From NCBI GenBank assembly GCA_010093605.1, contig MU004191.1, forward strand, positions 41,397-105,396: DNA of 64,000 nucleotides, in the 5' to 3' direction. Within the stretch, counting starts at the first letter, position 1. Every line of letters starts with the position of its first letter. The notes under the pieces were generated by a model that saw nothing but the letters and a program-made list of their open reading frames with translations, had not been told where the DNA came from and did no database searches. This document shows, one piece after another, positions 12,258-24,326 of the stretch. Source of the stretch: Lophium mytilinum (Eukaryota). Position numbers and translations under genes: made by a program.

Positions 12258-14015
12258 CTAGATAGTTCGATCCTCCATCTCGACCTGCCCATCTAGCTTC
12301 CAACCAACCTGGTCCCATCGCGCCAACAAGGTAGCTGGTACCACCTGCCGGGTCTTACCCAGCTTGACGTTCACTGTCTGGAGACTCGCCAATGGAAAAT
12401 TGTCCGTACACACCTTCTCTTCCTTGACCTGCTCGCTCTCCCCTCCGACGGAGGGCTCGCCGTCCCATTCCGTGTTGATACAACACTCCGCCCTTTCGTC
12501 CCCCAGATTTTCGTTTCCGTGTAGCTCGACTCCTCCCTTAGTTTGTTCTGCTTGCGTATGAGCCCCACCCCCTACCACATGTTTTGCGCCATCGCACACT
12601 TTGGCCGCCATACACTTCTGCAGCAGCATATCGTCGCAGAGCCGGATGAGATCCATGTCCGCGCCATTGACGACTAAAGTATCCAGCGAGAGCGGGAGCC
12701 TCTCCAGCAGTCCGGTCCCTGCCAATGCCACTTCTCTTCCAGCGGTATGATCCCAAGTCTTGTCCATTTTATCGATCGGGCGACCTACGAGCGCGGTTTG
12801 CTCAATGTCCAAGACTCGCAGTCGCTTGAAAGCTTGCAGATTGGTCATGGGATAGGCGCGCGGAGACTTGCTGGGGCAGGACGAACAGACGATCGTACAC
12901 TTCTCGAGACTTTCGTGAGAGGCGGTGAGGTAGGACAGTAAGACGCAGTAGATCAGGTTGACGCGCGTCGAGCCATCTGGCTCCGACCACTCCGTAGCGT
13001 CCGTGAAGGTGAAAGATGTAAGAGGGCCAGTGCAGCGAAGGAAGTTCGCTAAGCCAACAGTGACTATCGGCCAAGCAGCAGACGAAAGGTCGAGTTGGAT
13101 GGAAAGGTACTTGATGCCAAGTACTCGTGTAGGAGCGCTAGCTGCGAGTAGCACTAGATTTTGCGTGCTGAGGATCGAAATTTCTAGACGTGTGAGGTTG
13201 CCAAGTTCTAAGAGGGAGTCTGGGGCGCCAAAGTACAGCCATGGGAGCGGAGGGCAGCCAATGGGTTGCTCGAGACTTAGGTTGCGGAGCTTGGAGAACG
13301 CCGGGATGCGGTGGAGAGGAGCTCTCAGAACGCCGAAAATCATGGTGTAGAGTGCAATGCTCGTCTTCACCGACTGAGTTTTGATTTCAAAAGACTGCAG
13401 CGTAGGAAACAGCATGAGCATTGCTCCAAGCGTGCCACCGCAGCGGCTGCGATACGCCTCGGCAACCGGGCCAGTTCGTCCTCCGATCATGCCCCAATGG
13501 GCGTTCACCATCATGTTCACCATGGTTGCCTTCTGAGCGTGATTGAGGGGGTCTGGGTCATTGGTTGTTGATCGTCCGGTTTGCGCGATATACATTGACA
13601 GGCTTTTGACTTTACTTCGAAGGTCTGGGCGATCGAGAAGAGTTCGCGTTAGCTGCCTAGCTCTGTGGAAGATGCCATTGAGGTGTCTTGTGTCTAACGC
13701 GATCGCGTGGAAGAGTTGCTCCTGTGCGGTGCGGCCCAAGGACCTTCCCAGATTTGCTACCAGTAAAAGTGTATCATGGTCGAGGAAGGACATAACGTTG
13801 AGTAGAAGCTCGTCGGGGAGCTGGCTTAAAGTTCCTTCCTTGGAGGGCTGCCAGGTTACCTTACGACGACGAGGCTTACCACGCGCGGTTCGCGCACGCT
13901 TGTTGCGTTGAGCCGGAGCGCCAGCCATATTCGGAGCGGTTCGCGCACGCTTGTTGCGGCGTGCCGGGGCGCCGGCCATATTCGAAGCGGTTCGTGAGGA
14001 TGTGGATGGCCACAT
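12258..14015 (-). CDS. F-box domain protein with LRR-like C-terminal region
   Basis: Intronless ~585-aa ORF; F-box-like LSQLPDELLLNVMSFLDHDTLLLVANLGRSLGRTAQEQLF; LxxLxL motifs (FSKLRNLSL, LGNLTRLEI, FKRLRVLDI); first ATG 14015, alternative 13979. Confidence 0.85.
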   Translation of the reverse strand: MWPSTSSRTASNMAGAPARRNKRARTAPNMAGAPAQRNKRARTARGKPRRRKVTWQPSKEGTLSQLPDELLLNVMSFLDHDTLLLVANLGRSLGRTAQEQLFHAIALDTRHLNGIFHRARQLTRTLLDRPDLRSKVKSLSMYIAQTGRSTTNDPDPLNHAQKATMVNMMVNAHWGMIGGRTGPVAEAYRSRCGGTLGAMLMLFPTLQSFEIKTQSVKTSIALYTMIFGVLRAPLHRIPAFSKLRNLSLEQPIGCPPLPWLYFGAPDSLLELGNLTRLEISILSTQNLVLLAASAPTRVLGIKYLSIQLDLSSAAWPIVTVGLANFLRCTGPLTSFTFTDATEWSEPDGSTRVNLIYCVLLSYLTASHESLEKCTIVCSSCPSKSPRAYPMTNLQAFKRLRVLDIEQTALVGRPIDKMDKTWDHTAGREVALAGTGLLERLPLSLDTLVVNGADMDLIRLCDDMLLQKCMAAKVCDGAKHVVGGGAHTQAEQTKGGVELHGNENLGDERAECCINTEWDGEPSVGGESEQVKEEKVCTDNFPLASLQTVNVKLGKTRQVVPATLLARWDQVGWKLDGQVEMEDRTI

Positions 14016-14602
14016 CAAGAGCGGGTCGACGAGGTGTATGGGTTGAACAGGAGAGAGTAGTTTGACGCTGTCTGAGGTGCCCTAAAAAGCTATTCGGCTT
14101 GTCAAATCTGGAATTCACGAGCTCTGATGACGTGCTTGAGGTTCTCAGACGGCGGTATACAAGTGCACGGGTGTTGAACACGAATTAGGAGTTTGGAGAG
14201 TGTATAGAGAAATGTTCTCAAAGCTTATTAGGAAGCCGGTAAGGAGGTATATTTGATGGTGTCTAGGGGGCTGAGAGGTACTGGTGGTCGAATTGCCTTC
14301 CTCGCCCTTAGGAGTAGGTGGCTGTGAATAAGTCAACAAACATACCTAGGCACCAAATTAATTGTGCGCTGCCACGTGGGTGACATGGACTTGGGCTGTC
14401 ACGTGATATTTAGATATGATCGGATACGGTAGTAACGGTTACCAAGAGCTTGGAACACTGAGAAAAAAAGTTGAAAGGCTAGGAAACAATTGCAATTGCT
14501 CGAGTCCAATCCCATCGCGACACGTGCGCCGCGCGAACTCCAATCCACGAATGGCCTATCGCGGTTCAACATCACAAACCTAGCTATACCATCCCACGAA
14601 GC

Positions 14603-15073
14603 TCATACGAATATAAACATGCCGCAAAATCCAACCACGATGAAGCCTACAATCAACGCTACCTCCGGTCCCGCTGTGATCCCGGTCGGGACTAACCCAG
14701 AAAACTGTGCGACAACGCCTTCCGTAAAGTTCTTTTCTGCTTCCACAAATGCAACGGTAGTGAGGTTCCCACAAGCTTTATTCAGACCCGCGTCTTTGGT
14801 GAGCGTAGGTAGTTTGGCGATGGCGGCGTTAAGCATGTCGGCATCCGCAAAAGTGCCGCGCGGTGAGGCTTGTAGAAAGAGGGAGCGATAGGTAGAATTC
14901 TTCCCGATGGTGGAGAGGTTGGCGATGCGGGAGTAGTCGCCGCATTGCGGGTTGGAGGTCGTTTGGCGGACGGCGAGGATAGCGGGGTATTTTTCCACGG
15001 TGGGCCCGGCCAAGACGGTGATGTGGAAGAGCGAGAGGAGAATGATGAGGTTGGTAAGCATTGAGTTCTGCAT
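14603..15073 (-). CDS. Small secreted/membrane-anchored protein
   Basis: Signal peptide MLTNLIILLSLFHITVLA, two ectodomain Cys, N-glycosylation sequons, hydrophobic C-terminus VALIVGFIVVGFCGMFIFV. Confidence 0.8.
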   Translation of the reverse strand: MQNSMLTNLIILLSLFHITVLAGPTVEKYPAILAVRQTTSNPQCGDYSRIANLSTIGKNSTYRSLFLQASPRGTFADADMLNAAIAKLPTLTKDAGLNKACGNLTTVAFVEAEKNFTEGVVAQFSGLVPTGITAGPEVALIVGFIVVGFCGMFIFV

Positions 15074-16884
15074 TATGCTTGCGAGTTTACCGGGGCTACT
15101 GGGAGGGATAGAAGATATTAAAGAAGAACGAACGAGCCGGTCGCTGAGAAGAAATGAATGAATGAGGATAACAGCGAGCCAGTCACCGACAGAAGAAGAT
15201 GGATGGAGGGAAAGTGAAAGCCAGAAAGAAATCCGGCCAGGGCGAAGCACAAAGATATGACACTATGAGGGTTGGTCGGGCCACTAATGTCGTGAAACAG
15301 GGGTCTGAAGCTAGATGTGCCCGACGTGGCGCTGTTTGAATCGTACACTGTCGCAGGTCACATGTCCCTCTTCTTTTCCTCGTCTCTCCGATGCGCTTCT
15401 CCGATGCGCTTTTGATTAGTTCATCACTTAAGGATATAGTTCGATTGGAGTATCGTGGGGAAGGAAATGGACCGGCACCGTACTTGCTATTGACGCCACA
15501 ACACGATCGCCAGCACCGCGCCCACCTCCCTTCGTTACGAGGCGGCTACTATCCCGAACCTCAACGCGGTCTCAGAGTCGTCTCAAAGGCAAAGTGAGCC
15601 ACGGGGTGTACTTTGCCTCAAAATGACTCTAGCCGTGCTTTCGATTCATGCGCGTCGCAGCTGTGCCTCGTAGGATGGGCCTTGCCGCCGGCCATTATTA
15701 GGGGGCGGGCTGGAAGCGCCGGCTATTGGGCATTGGAATACCGTGAATGCCAATCAAATTCGAAGCGTAGACTAGGCCAAAGCCTTTATTGGAGCAGGAT
15801 TGATGACAGATTTACTATGTATGTTGATGATTGCTGCGGAGGAGAGTAGCTGGACAGAGACTGGACAAAGCCGAGATGAAACGGAGTTCTTCGGCAGTCA
15901 AGTTTCTCCGATCCGGACCCCAATACAACTCTCTCCCCAGCATCTCCGTCATCCGCTCCGCACATGATGCATCTGGATAAAGATTCACCGGCACATCAGC
16001 AACGGCAAAGTTGCAGATCAGTAGTGCTATCCCAATGCCCGCTACACTCGTGCCTTCGCCTTTAGGATACTCAACTCGTCGCCTAGGAAAACGGACTCAC
16101 TTTCGGCGGAGGAAAGATATCTACTGTTAGCGTCTGGGTGATAATCTCCTACGATAATGATTCACTCACTACCTTATCCAAACGCCGTAACTGCTTTGAC
16201 AAAGCAAGGAGGCAACAAATTCTACTACAAAAAGAAAGAAATCGCAGGAAAGGTGTGTCAAGACCCACAGCTGAAGACTCTCGAGGTCGGCGTCCTCGAT
16301 TATAAGTAGAATATTACCCCTAGATCTTGACCCCGTCCCTATCGGCGACCTCTTTAACAAGAAAGGGCGGTCATGGGCGAGCGGACTCACTACCCTTGGA
16401 GCTATCACCATCGTTTTGATCTCACAATCTGCAGCAGCCGCCATTCTTTCTTTTTCAATGCTTTCCAACGTCATCGTGTCATTATGCCCTCTCCTATCAG
16501 CCGGTCCTTTGCGCGTTGCGCAAGTACATGCACGCATCTATCAACGAAGCGTACTATTCAACCTCAGCAGCTCTTCAGACTTGAGCCCTGGATAGAGAAG
16601 GGTTTGCGATCGCCCAAGCGATGGCGTATGACATGTATGAGGTGGCATTTGGCTTGTTCTCGAGGTTAGTGAAGCCGGTATTGATGCGTCGCTGTCTGTC
16701 GCGTTGCAGGTTGCGTTGTCATACACGCAGGTGCCATATCCTAGAGTTCTTTGATGTCCGTGGTCAAGGTTACTCACCTTCGATACATAGTAGTTATCGT
16801 GATTCGTGTGGACCTCGATACCTTCCATATTTTCAAGAGACACAGTAACTTCATCACTTGAAACTTACATGTCCTTCTAACGGA

Positions 16885-18033
16885 ATGTCTGCATCAATTT
16901 CTATACTCTTGGGCCTTCTACTCGGCACGTTCCTTTTCGTGCTCTACCGCTTCCATATCGCTCGAGAACCCTCCCCAGACTCGTTCACTGAAACCTTCTC
17001 CGTAGCGCACATCCCCTCAAACACTGATTTTGACATCGCCTCAACACCCCCACACCCTTACCGCCCCTGGAAATCCGGCAAATTCCACATGACCATGGGC
17101 CTGAAGCGAATGCCAGAAGCTGACTGGCTCCTCCTCGACAATAAATACCTCCCAGAACAAACTTTCCGCCGAGAACTCTTGGCCACCCTCCCCGAAGGCG
17201 TGTACCAGCAACTCCCCGGCCCTCGCGTCCACGCCGCCTGCGTCGAGACGCTGGAGTGCATAGTCGCATTTCTAACAAAGCGGTATCCCCGGCTCTTCCA
17301 CCTCGCCCCGGGGAAAGAAGAAGGCCGATACATCCACAATACGCTCACTAACCTGACATTCAAGATCAGCGAACCCTTCAACGAATCGCCACTAGTAGTA
17401 GCTGCCCAGCTGGTGATGGAGGATATCAACATCCTGATGGCTGGGACGGGGAAGCAAGACCCCACTCAATACTTCCTCGTCGCGTCCTTCACGATGGCGC
17501 CCGTCGGCTGGTACCTGCAAGAGCGAATTGGCTGGCCGCTCTATAAGATTCACCTCCCCGTTCCCTTATGGGGTGCCAAACTCCGCAAACCTGTCGAGAA
17601 CTTCTTCCGCAGGCTTTTGGTGTCCCAGCCCGTGGAGCGGTATAATTGGTTTATCCAGACGAACGACGTGCTATTTCAGCAGGAACCATTTGCGGCGGAG
17701 CTTGAGGCGCCGCTGAGGGTTGAGGATGTTAGGATAAGGCATGAGCGACAGACGCTGCGGAGGTTACCGAGAACACGCGCGGTGGTGTTTATGGTGCGGA
17801 CGTATGTGACGAAGTTAACGGACTTGGAGGGAGAGGAGGAGAGTGTGAGGGAGCTGCTGGGGGCGGTGGAGGCGTTGCCAGAGGGGGTGGCGGGGTATAA
17901 AGCGAGGCAGGTCTGGGGGGAAGGGTGGTGTAGAGAGGTGTTGCGAAAGCATGATATGAATGACCGGGGAAGGGAAGATAGGATTGACGGGTGGCAGGTT
18001 GTTCGGGAAGAGGACTTTGCTGAGGATAGATAG
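16885..18033 (+). CDS. DUF3445 / heme-dependent oxidative N-demethylase alpha-subunit-like (HRQ family) protein with N-terminal TM helix
   Basis: Motifs PYRPWK..F.MTMGLKRM...WLLLD, EDINIL, GW....IG.PL..IH.PVP, RYNW, RHERQTLRRLPRTRAVVF..RTY. Confidence 0.85.
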   Translation: MSASISILLGLLLGTFLFVLYRFHIAREPSPDSFTETFSVAHIPSNTDFDIASTPPHPYRPWKSGKFHMTMGLKRMPEADWLLLDNKYLPEQTFRRELLATLPEGVYQQLPGPRVHAACVETLECIVAFLTKRYPRLFHLAPGKEEGRYIHNTLTNLTFKISEPFNESPLVVAAQLVMEDINILMAGTGKQDPTQYFLVASFTMAPVGWYLQERIGWPLYKIHLPVPLWGAKLRKPVENFFRRLLVSQPVERYNWFIQTNDVLFQQEPFAAELEAPLRVEDVRIRHERQTLRRLPRTRAVVFMVRTYVTKLTDLEGEEESVRELLGAVEALPEGVAGYKARQVWGEGWCREVLRKHDMNDRGREDRIDGWQVVREEDFAEDR

Positions 18034-18698
18034 GAAGTCGATTATTGTGAATGATCTAGCTGAATGAATACCTAGGGAGTTTAATCTGAGAAACTACCTA
18101 AGTATCCATGGAAATGGGCTCCGTTGACACTTCGGGCGAGGTCCGCCACCCGCGCTAATTTCTTCGTCCCTACCCATGGTGTCAAGCTCTCAAAGCCTTT
18201 CTCCGGCTTATCATCGAGCGATTAATTACATTACAGTATGTGGAGCTAGATAGCGTCAAGTCCAGACTTGAGAAGAAGGGTAGTGGGATTGACGTAGAGA
18301 TACCGGGGCGTCAATCCCGCCACTCTTCTTTCTCATGTTTGTACAGCACGATAATAGAAGTCCGCAAAACCATCATGGGCGCGTTTTCCAGGATTATAGA
18401 GCATCAAATTACTCTAAGCGATACGTCACGTGTCAGTACGTATTCCCCTGTCTGCCATCGCTTGAAATGTCTCCGTTGTTCGGAGCCTGAGTTGTCAAAA
18501 TCCAAATATCTTGCCCCTTTCACATGGTTTGAAGCACTTCAAGCGGTGTCAGGATAGTATAGCGAGTAAGCAAATGTATACAGAATTAGTTGATTCCAAT
18601 CTATCGTAAGACTCCCTGGAAATCACGCCTCGCGACAATGAGCCAGGGTGAGTTCTCGAAAGGTCAGTATTAGTGAAGCCATTAGAGGTCGTCAAAGA

Positions 18699-19634
18699 TC
18701 AAAAAACCAAGGCCGCCAGGAGCAATCCTGCGATGCCGGCAGCTGGCACGGCGATCGTGAAATGGCGACCTCCAGCGCCCAGGACGTGGGTGACAGTCGC
18801 TGGCATACTAGAAAGTCCTTGGGCGGTAGAAGTCGTTAAGCGCAAATGTGTCTCGGTAGGCGGCGTATTAGACTCAGTTCGTAGGATCGTGGTGAGTTCT
18901 GCGGTAGCGTTCAAGTTGGATGATAGTTTCGATAAAGCTGGGCTGGCCAAAGTGCTCGAGATCTTGCCATCGTGGGTGGGGGATGATGCAGTCTGTGTCG
19001 TAGTTGAGAATTGGAGCCAAGTGAAGCTCGGTAGCAAATCACACTTGTTCTTATAAACATCTTGGCAGTAGTATCCATCCCTGCAGCACGCGATACCGCA
19101 CTTGAGGAAGCCAGCGCAGGCTGGAGTAGATGTCGGCAGGGAAGATGGCGCAGTAGGGAAAGGCGCTGGAGTCGCACTACTCCCCATCCCTAGTTTCTTC
19201 CAGCTAGTAGTGACCGTCTTCATCCCTAATTTCTCCAAGCCGGCAGTAATAGTGACTGCCCTGTTTGCCAGCGGATCAGCGCCGAAGCTGAGGGTCAAAG
19301 GATATTCGCTCTCGGTCGTAGGATAGTCGGTACCACCAAAGCTCAAAGTACAATCGGCTTCGGTAACGCTCCTAGTGTCGCAATAGATGCTCTGAGAGAA
19401 CACCGGTTCTTCGGTGTAGTGTATCTCGACGAAGCCTGGCCCGAAGGTCAAGCGGGAACTGCTCATGTCGTAGACGATGGTTGAGTCATGGGAGGTTACC
19501 ACGCTGGCGAGCGAGGGGGCGTCGATGGCGTAGTCTGGGATGAAAAGCGAGGTAACGCTGGTGGTCTGGCTGAGCACGGTGGTCCAGATTAGGGCCATGA
19601 CGAACGCCGCGGCGAGGGTTATGGGAGTGCGCAT
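18699..19634 (-). CDS. Secreted Ser/Thr-rich, probably GPI-anchored cell-wall protein with a short Cys-rich module
   Basis: Signal peptide, VTITAGLEKL motif, CAGFLKCGIACCRDGYYCQDVYKNKC, S/T stalk, hydrophobic C-terminus. Confidence 0.85.
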   Translation of the reverse strand: MRTPITLAAAFVMALIWTTVLSQTTSVTSLFIPDYAIDAPSLASVVTSHDSTIVYDMSSSRLTFGPGFVEIHYTEEPVFSQSIYCDTRSVTEADCTLSFGGTDYPTTESEYPLTLSFGADPLANRAVTITAGLEKLGMKTVTTSWKKLGMGSSATPAPFPTAPSSLPTSTPACAGFLKCGIACCRDGYYCQDVYKNKCDLLPSFTWLQFSTTTQTASSPTHDGKISSTLASPALSKLSSNLNATAELTTILRTESNTPPTETHLRLTTSTAQGLSSMPATVTHVLGAGGRHFTIAVPAAGIAGLLLAALVF

Positions 19635-20328
19635 CGCGGAGTTGGTAGAATATAGTAGGTAGGTGAGGAGCGATTGAAGTTTCCTGAAAAGACTGTAGTT
19701 GGTATGGTCGAGAAATGAGAGAGTGGCTGTTGAATGAGATAGAGTTAGTCGGGGCTGTCATTGGAGGAGTGAATGTATTGTGATAGCAAAGAGACGATGG
19801 TGGGATCGCAGCTGTGGCCGATACATCTCACCTTGATGGCCTCAGTTCTCGACGGGCAGATCACGAAAGTTGAGAAATGTGATATACAGATGAAGAAGCT
19901 GGTGGCGGAAGGGTGTTGTTGATGTTTCCGTCACAGTCACGTGCTGCTCAACGGAGATTGGTCGGTATCAGCGTGCGCTTATCTAGTGGAGTGAAGTTCC
20001 TCGACCTTCAGTTTCGACTCTATCATAATGCATCTATTTTAGGTCCTCGTTATACAGATCGATCATTAATATGATCTTAACACACTTAGAAATACGCGGC
20101 AAGCAAGCAGTTGGTTCCAGGTGTCCTAAAAGTGCGTCGTCCGTGCCTCCGTTTCAGGCAGCCATCTGAGCAATTTCTCTTCTCTCCCTTATCTGAGGCA
20201 CAGCATCTTTCTTCCCGTTTCTGAACGCAAGTGTGAACCCTTCTCCTGGACCACGTAAAACCAATCCTCGATATCGAACATCCATTCTCCTTCATCATCA
20301 CCTTATATCTTCCTACTAAAACCTCACG

Positions 20329-21153
20329 ATGCTCCTCACCCTACCCCGCGAACTCCGCGACCTCATCTACACCTTTGCCCTCTGCCCCCCCGACCGCGAC
20401 CACCGCGTCAAAATCCACCGCTCCCCCGCCCCAATCGAGCTCTCCCACCTCCGCGTCTCCATCGATCTGTCCCTCCTCCGCGTCTCACGGCAACTCTACA
20501 CCGAAACTCACCCCCTCTACTACTCCACCAACCTCTTTCACGTCCTCGGCCGCGCCGCCGACACCCTAATACCCTTCGTCGACAACATCGGCCCGCGCGG
20601 GCTCCAGCATCTCCGTGCCCTATCCGTCGCCCCCTCGGGCGAGACCGCCTCCAGACGCGTCCGCTTCAGTAGCGCGATCGCGCAGATCCCGCAACTCGAG
20701 CGACTAGAGCTGCGGCTCTTCGACACCTACTTCCTAAGCGAAGCGGGGCGGGGGAATTCGGTGGCAGAGACGCTGGATCGTAGCCACGACTATGGGTGGC
20801 TAACCCCGCTGAGCGGGCTGAAGAGATTCGATATCGTGCTGGGGTTACAGTGCGGGCGCGGGGAGCAGGGATGCGGGCGACCGAACGGACGCAGCTGTGT
20901 GGAGTGGCGGGAGGCGGCAAGGGAGGTGCAGCGGGCGATACGGGTGGAGGTCTGTCAGCCGCGGGCCGCTTTTGGGATGTCGCCGAGCTATTCGAGGCGG
21001 CAAAGGCAGCGGGCGAAGGCGATGGAGCAGCGGAAGTTCTTGAGAGAGATGGAGAAGTTCAGGGAGAGGATGGAGAGGGAGTTGGAGCGGCCGGAGATGG
21101 GGGCTGTGAGGAGGGAGTTGCGGGCGAGGTTTGCGAGTGCTTCACAGCCGTAG
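20329..21153 (+). CDS. F-box-like (LP.ELRD.IY) fungal protein
   Basis: MLLTLPRELRDLIYTFAL and LSLLRVSRQLYTETHPLYYSTNLF; intronless 274 aa. Confidence 0.8.
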   Translation: MLLTLPRELRDLIYTFALCPPDRDHRVKIHRSPAPIELSHLRVSIDLSLLRVSRQLYTETHPLYYSTNLFHVLGRAADTLIPFVDNIGPRGLQHLRALSVAPSGETASRRVRFSSAIAQIPQLERLELRLFDTYFLSEAGRGNSVAETLDRSHDYGWLTPLSGLKRFDIVLGLQCGRGEQGCGRPNGRSCVEWREAAREVQRAIRVEVCQPRAAFGMSPSYSRRQRQRAKAMEQRKFLREMEKFRERMERELERPEMGAVRRELRARFASASQP

Positions 21154-21267
21154 GATATAGAGTATCTCTCCGCGTTCATTTCTCAGGTTCATGGTTTCAA
21201 TGCTCGTATCTTTTCGCTTTCATAGGTCGTCATCCCTACAGTGTTCACGCACAAGAATTATTCTTCC

Positions 21268-22609
21268 CTACCCGTACAGACTCCTCACCGTCTTAGCATG
21301 CTCCCTCGCCAACCTCCTTGGATTAAGAGTCTCAAACGCCATGCTCCACACTTTTTTGCTCTCTCCCGCGCTTCTCTGGATTGAGGACCTAGCTCCGACA
21401 TGCTGCGCCAGCATCGGATATGCGGAGTACCGCTGCAAGCCCTGTTCCCATGCCCAGTCCCGGATCAGCATATCATGCACCCCCTTCTCCGCCCACTGTC
21501 GCATATAACCAACCAACCCTGGGATATGCTCCCGGTTAAACACAAGCGCTTGATTGCAGCATCCAAAGGATTCCGGGCGCACGCCGGGTGCGGGCGGCAG
21601 GAGGGAAGCTTTGCCAGACTGGAAGAAGAGGACTACAAAAGCGGGGATGGCGATGAAAGATATCACGAATGCGCTGGCCCGGTCCACGTGAGGATGCGTT
21701 TTCGAGCGCAAAAGGCATAGGATGACGTAGAGCGTGGATCCGATGGCGAGCGAGATGGGCAGCTCGTGGTTCCCGCCAATGTGCTTCGAGGACCATCCCG
21801 TCGACCGCTCCTGGTTGAATGTCCGGACGTACACCCACTTTCCTGCCTTACCTTCCTGCTCCGTGTGCCGTGCTGTCTCTCGCGCCGCCCACAGCGACCG
21901 TGCAAACCACCCGTCTGCCGCGATGATATCGTCTTCGAAGAGGGCGATGTAGGGGGAGGCGGTGGTGTCGTAGCACTGCTGGAGAGCATGGGCGTAGTCA
22001 AGCGGAGCTTTAGAGAGGACGGTCTTGCCAGCGGTCTCGAGGGCGTGGAAAGAGGGGACTTCCTCTGCTGGTAGTATATCGGTGTAGGAGTAAACGCGAT
22101 CGACGAGGTGTCGGAGCCAAGGCTTATTGTAGGTAGTATGCTGGGTGGGTTCAGTGTTGGCGAAGAAGATCTGGACGTTGACATCGCGCCGTTCGGGTTG
22201 GGTCAGGCCAGCCAAGAAGCTGCCAAGGGAGGTCTAGGTTAGGTCAATGACGGGAGTGGTTGTTTTATGTTATATTGGTACGAACCTCAAGGTACTGTTT
22301 CTCTACATCTCGTCGGACTGTTAAGAATGTGGCGCACATGCTTGCATTATACCTTGCCTTTGTAAATCCCATATTGTCCGCGTTTTCACCTAGAAGTGCG
22401 CCCTGCGCTTCGACTTCGGTGATGAGAGCCGCGGCTTGGTTCTCTCTGAAAGCAGTATACCAGCGACCATAGGCACGGCTCTCATCAAAGAAAACACTGC
22501 CAGGATCTCGATAGAAATGGCCATGTCCGTAAAGAATACAAGCGGAGAACAGAATAGTTATGGTGAGCAAGGTACGGAGGACAGCCGGAAGCGACTGCAA
22601 GTACCGCAT
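21268..22609 (-). CDS. Membrane-bound putative glycosyltransferase (GT-A fold, GT54/MGAT4-like); 2 exons (22609-22286, 22233-21268)
   Basis: N-terminal TM, YRDPGSVFFD, TVRR...YLE|TSLGSFLAGL across a GT..cctaac..AG intron at 22285-22234, LFEDD, two internal TMs, CCNQALVF, QHVG. Confidence 0.75.
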
Positions 22610-24326
22610 CACCGAGCGAACTGGCGATTGTTTGCATGTTGCGAGACTGGTGGGGTATCCTTTTGAGGCCACATTGTGTAGAGGGTACATGGTATTGGGG
22701 TGATATATTGTGTAGATGGAGAACGGAGATGAGAGACCTCGTGAAGCCGGAAAGAGAGATCTTCACTACGAAGGATGCGCCATGTAAGTACTAGGTAATC
22801 CCTCCTGCGCGCGAACATCACTTCCTTTCCTATCTGAAAGCCGTGTGGCTGTGGGTAGCAAAGCTCGGCCAGGTACGTGGTTTCAAGGAGTCAAGGAAGC
22901 CTTGCGTGAGAATTTAGAGGGTAAGGCTGAAAAAAGAATCTCGAATGACCAAACCATCAGATTGGAAGAAAAGAGAATGACCCCAAGAGAGAAGCCTTCT
23001 GGAAAATGTAGAGACATGTGAGCCTTGTAACATGCAAATGATGAAACAGGCAGAGCGGGCCACCCGGTGCTCTAAGTGGGCCTCTCCCCCGGGGCTGTGC
23101 AAGCGTCGCACACGAGAACCAAGTGAGCAAGAGACCAAGGATACTCATACACAGTAATCATACGAGGCTTTTATCCAGGATAATCGTGTCTCGAAAAGCT
23201 TGGCCTGGCATACTTGCCATTCTAGTGGTGCTCGAGTCGCACTAGAAGCCATGGGCGCATACGACACATCAGAGACAACCATAACCGGCGCACATGGAGC
23301 AAGGATGATGCTGATCATGACCTAGCAGGTCTATTTTGGAGGTTTCTTTTGGTTGATGCAGAATAATCAACTCCCTAGAAAGGAAATCCTTAATGAAAAG
23401 GTGAGAAACCGGTAGCTAGGAAATACGAGGCGATCAGCATATCTGTCCTAAACACGAGTCCCCGAGCACCCGAGCGTTCCGCGGAGGGTATATCCACCCA
23501 GAATCCATGGTTTCTTCAACAGTCGCTTCTATTCTCCTCAAAACACTTGTTAGAGAGATTGTTTGTTAATGAGTTGTAACGAATTTTACGAGTTTTCTGC
23601 GTCGAGAAATCTGCTCTGCCGCGCATCGTATCGAGTCAAAAATGTGGAAGGAGCTGCCGTGTGTGTGCGGATGAATGCTACGCTAATTTAGGTTGCGATT
23701 TCTCACTGTTTTATTCCTTCTTCGACTGCGGACTGATAGGGGCGAAGGATTGAGGTTGAAACCCCCAGGAGGCGTTGATCGTCGGTCGTCGGCTACGTCG
23801 GCTCGCTCATCACGTGACTGAGCCTAGTCAGCCTCCACCTTGTCGCTTGAGGTCTTCCTTTTCCATAGATGGTTCTCCAGATATGGGTTTCTTGACACTA
23901 GAAAGTATTGAAGCGCATTCCAGGCAGTAGGACAGAGATCACGTGGTTCTACTCACTATCTACACCATGAAAGCCTATTCTTGCCAACTCTCCTCAGACC
24001 GGTCTCATGCGCTAAGCCTTCATTCGCGTTGGTCTGAGCGCCGACGATGATCCCGTGCGCCCCCGAAAATCCAAAGTTGCTGTAGGGTCTGGAACCGTTA
24101 CGTCGAGTCTTTCAACCATGGTTCAAATGTCCTCCGTCCGATGAGCGATAACGGATTTTCGATGGCGTTTTCTCCTCGGTAACTTCAACAGTTTTTCTTT
24201 TTCTCATGCAATAGTTCTCTTTTGTTTCCTTGTATTTCAGCCAACTTTTCTCCTTTCTACTATCACCGTCAATAGTCAGAACTATCAGATACTGGTTCTT
24301 TTTCGATAAAGCCTCATGATCTCGCC

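Noticed and set aside
16169..16848. Cluster of short ORFs upstream of the DUF3445 gene
   Set aside because: No recognisable motifs or convincing splice structure
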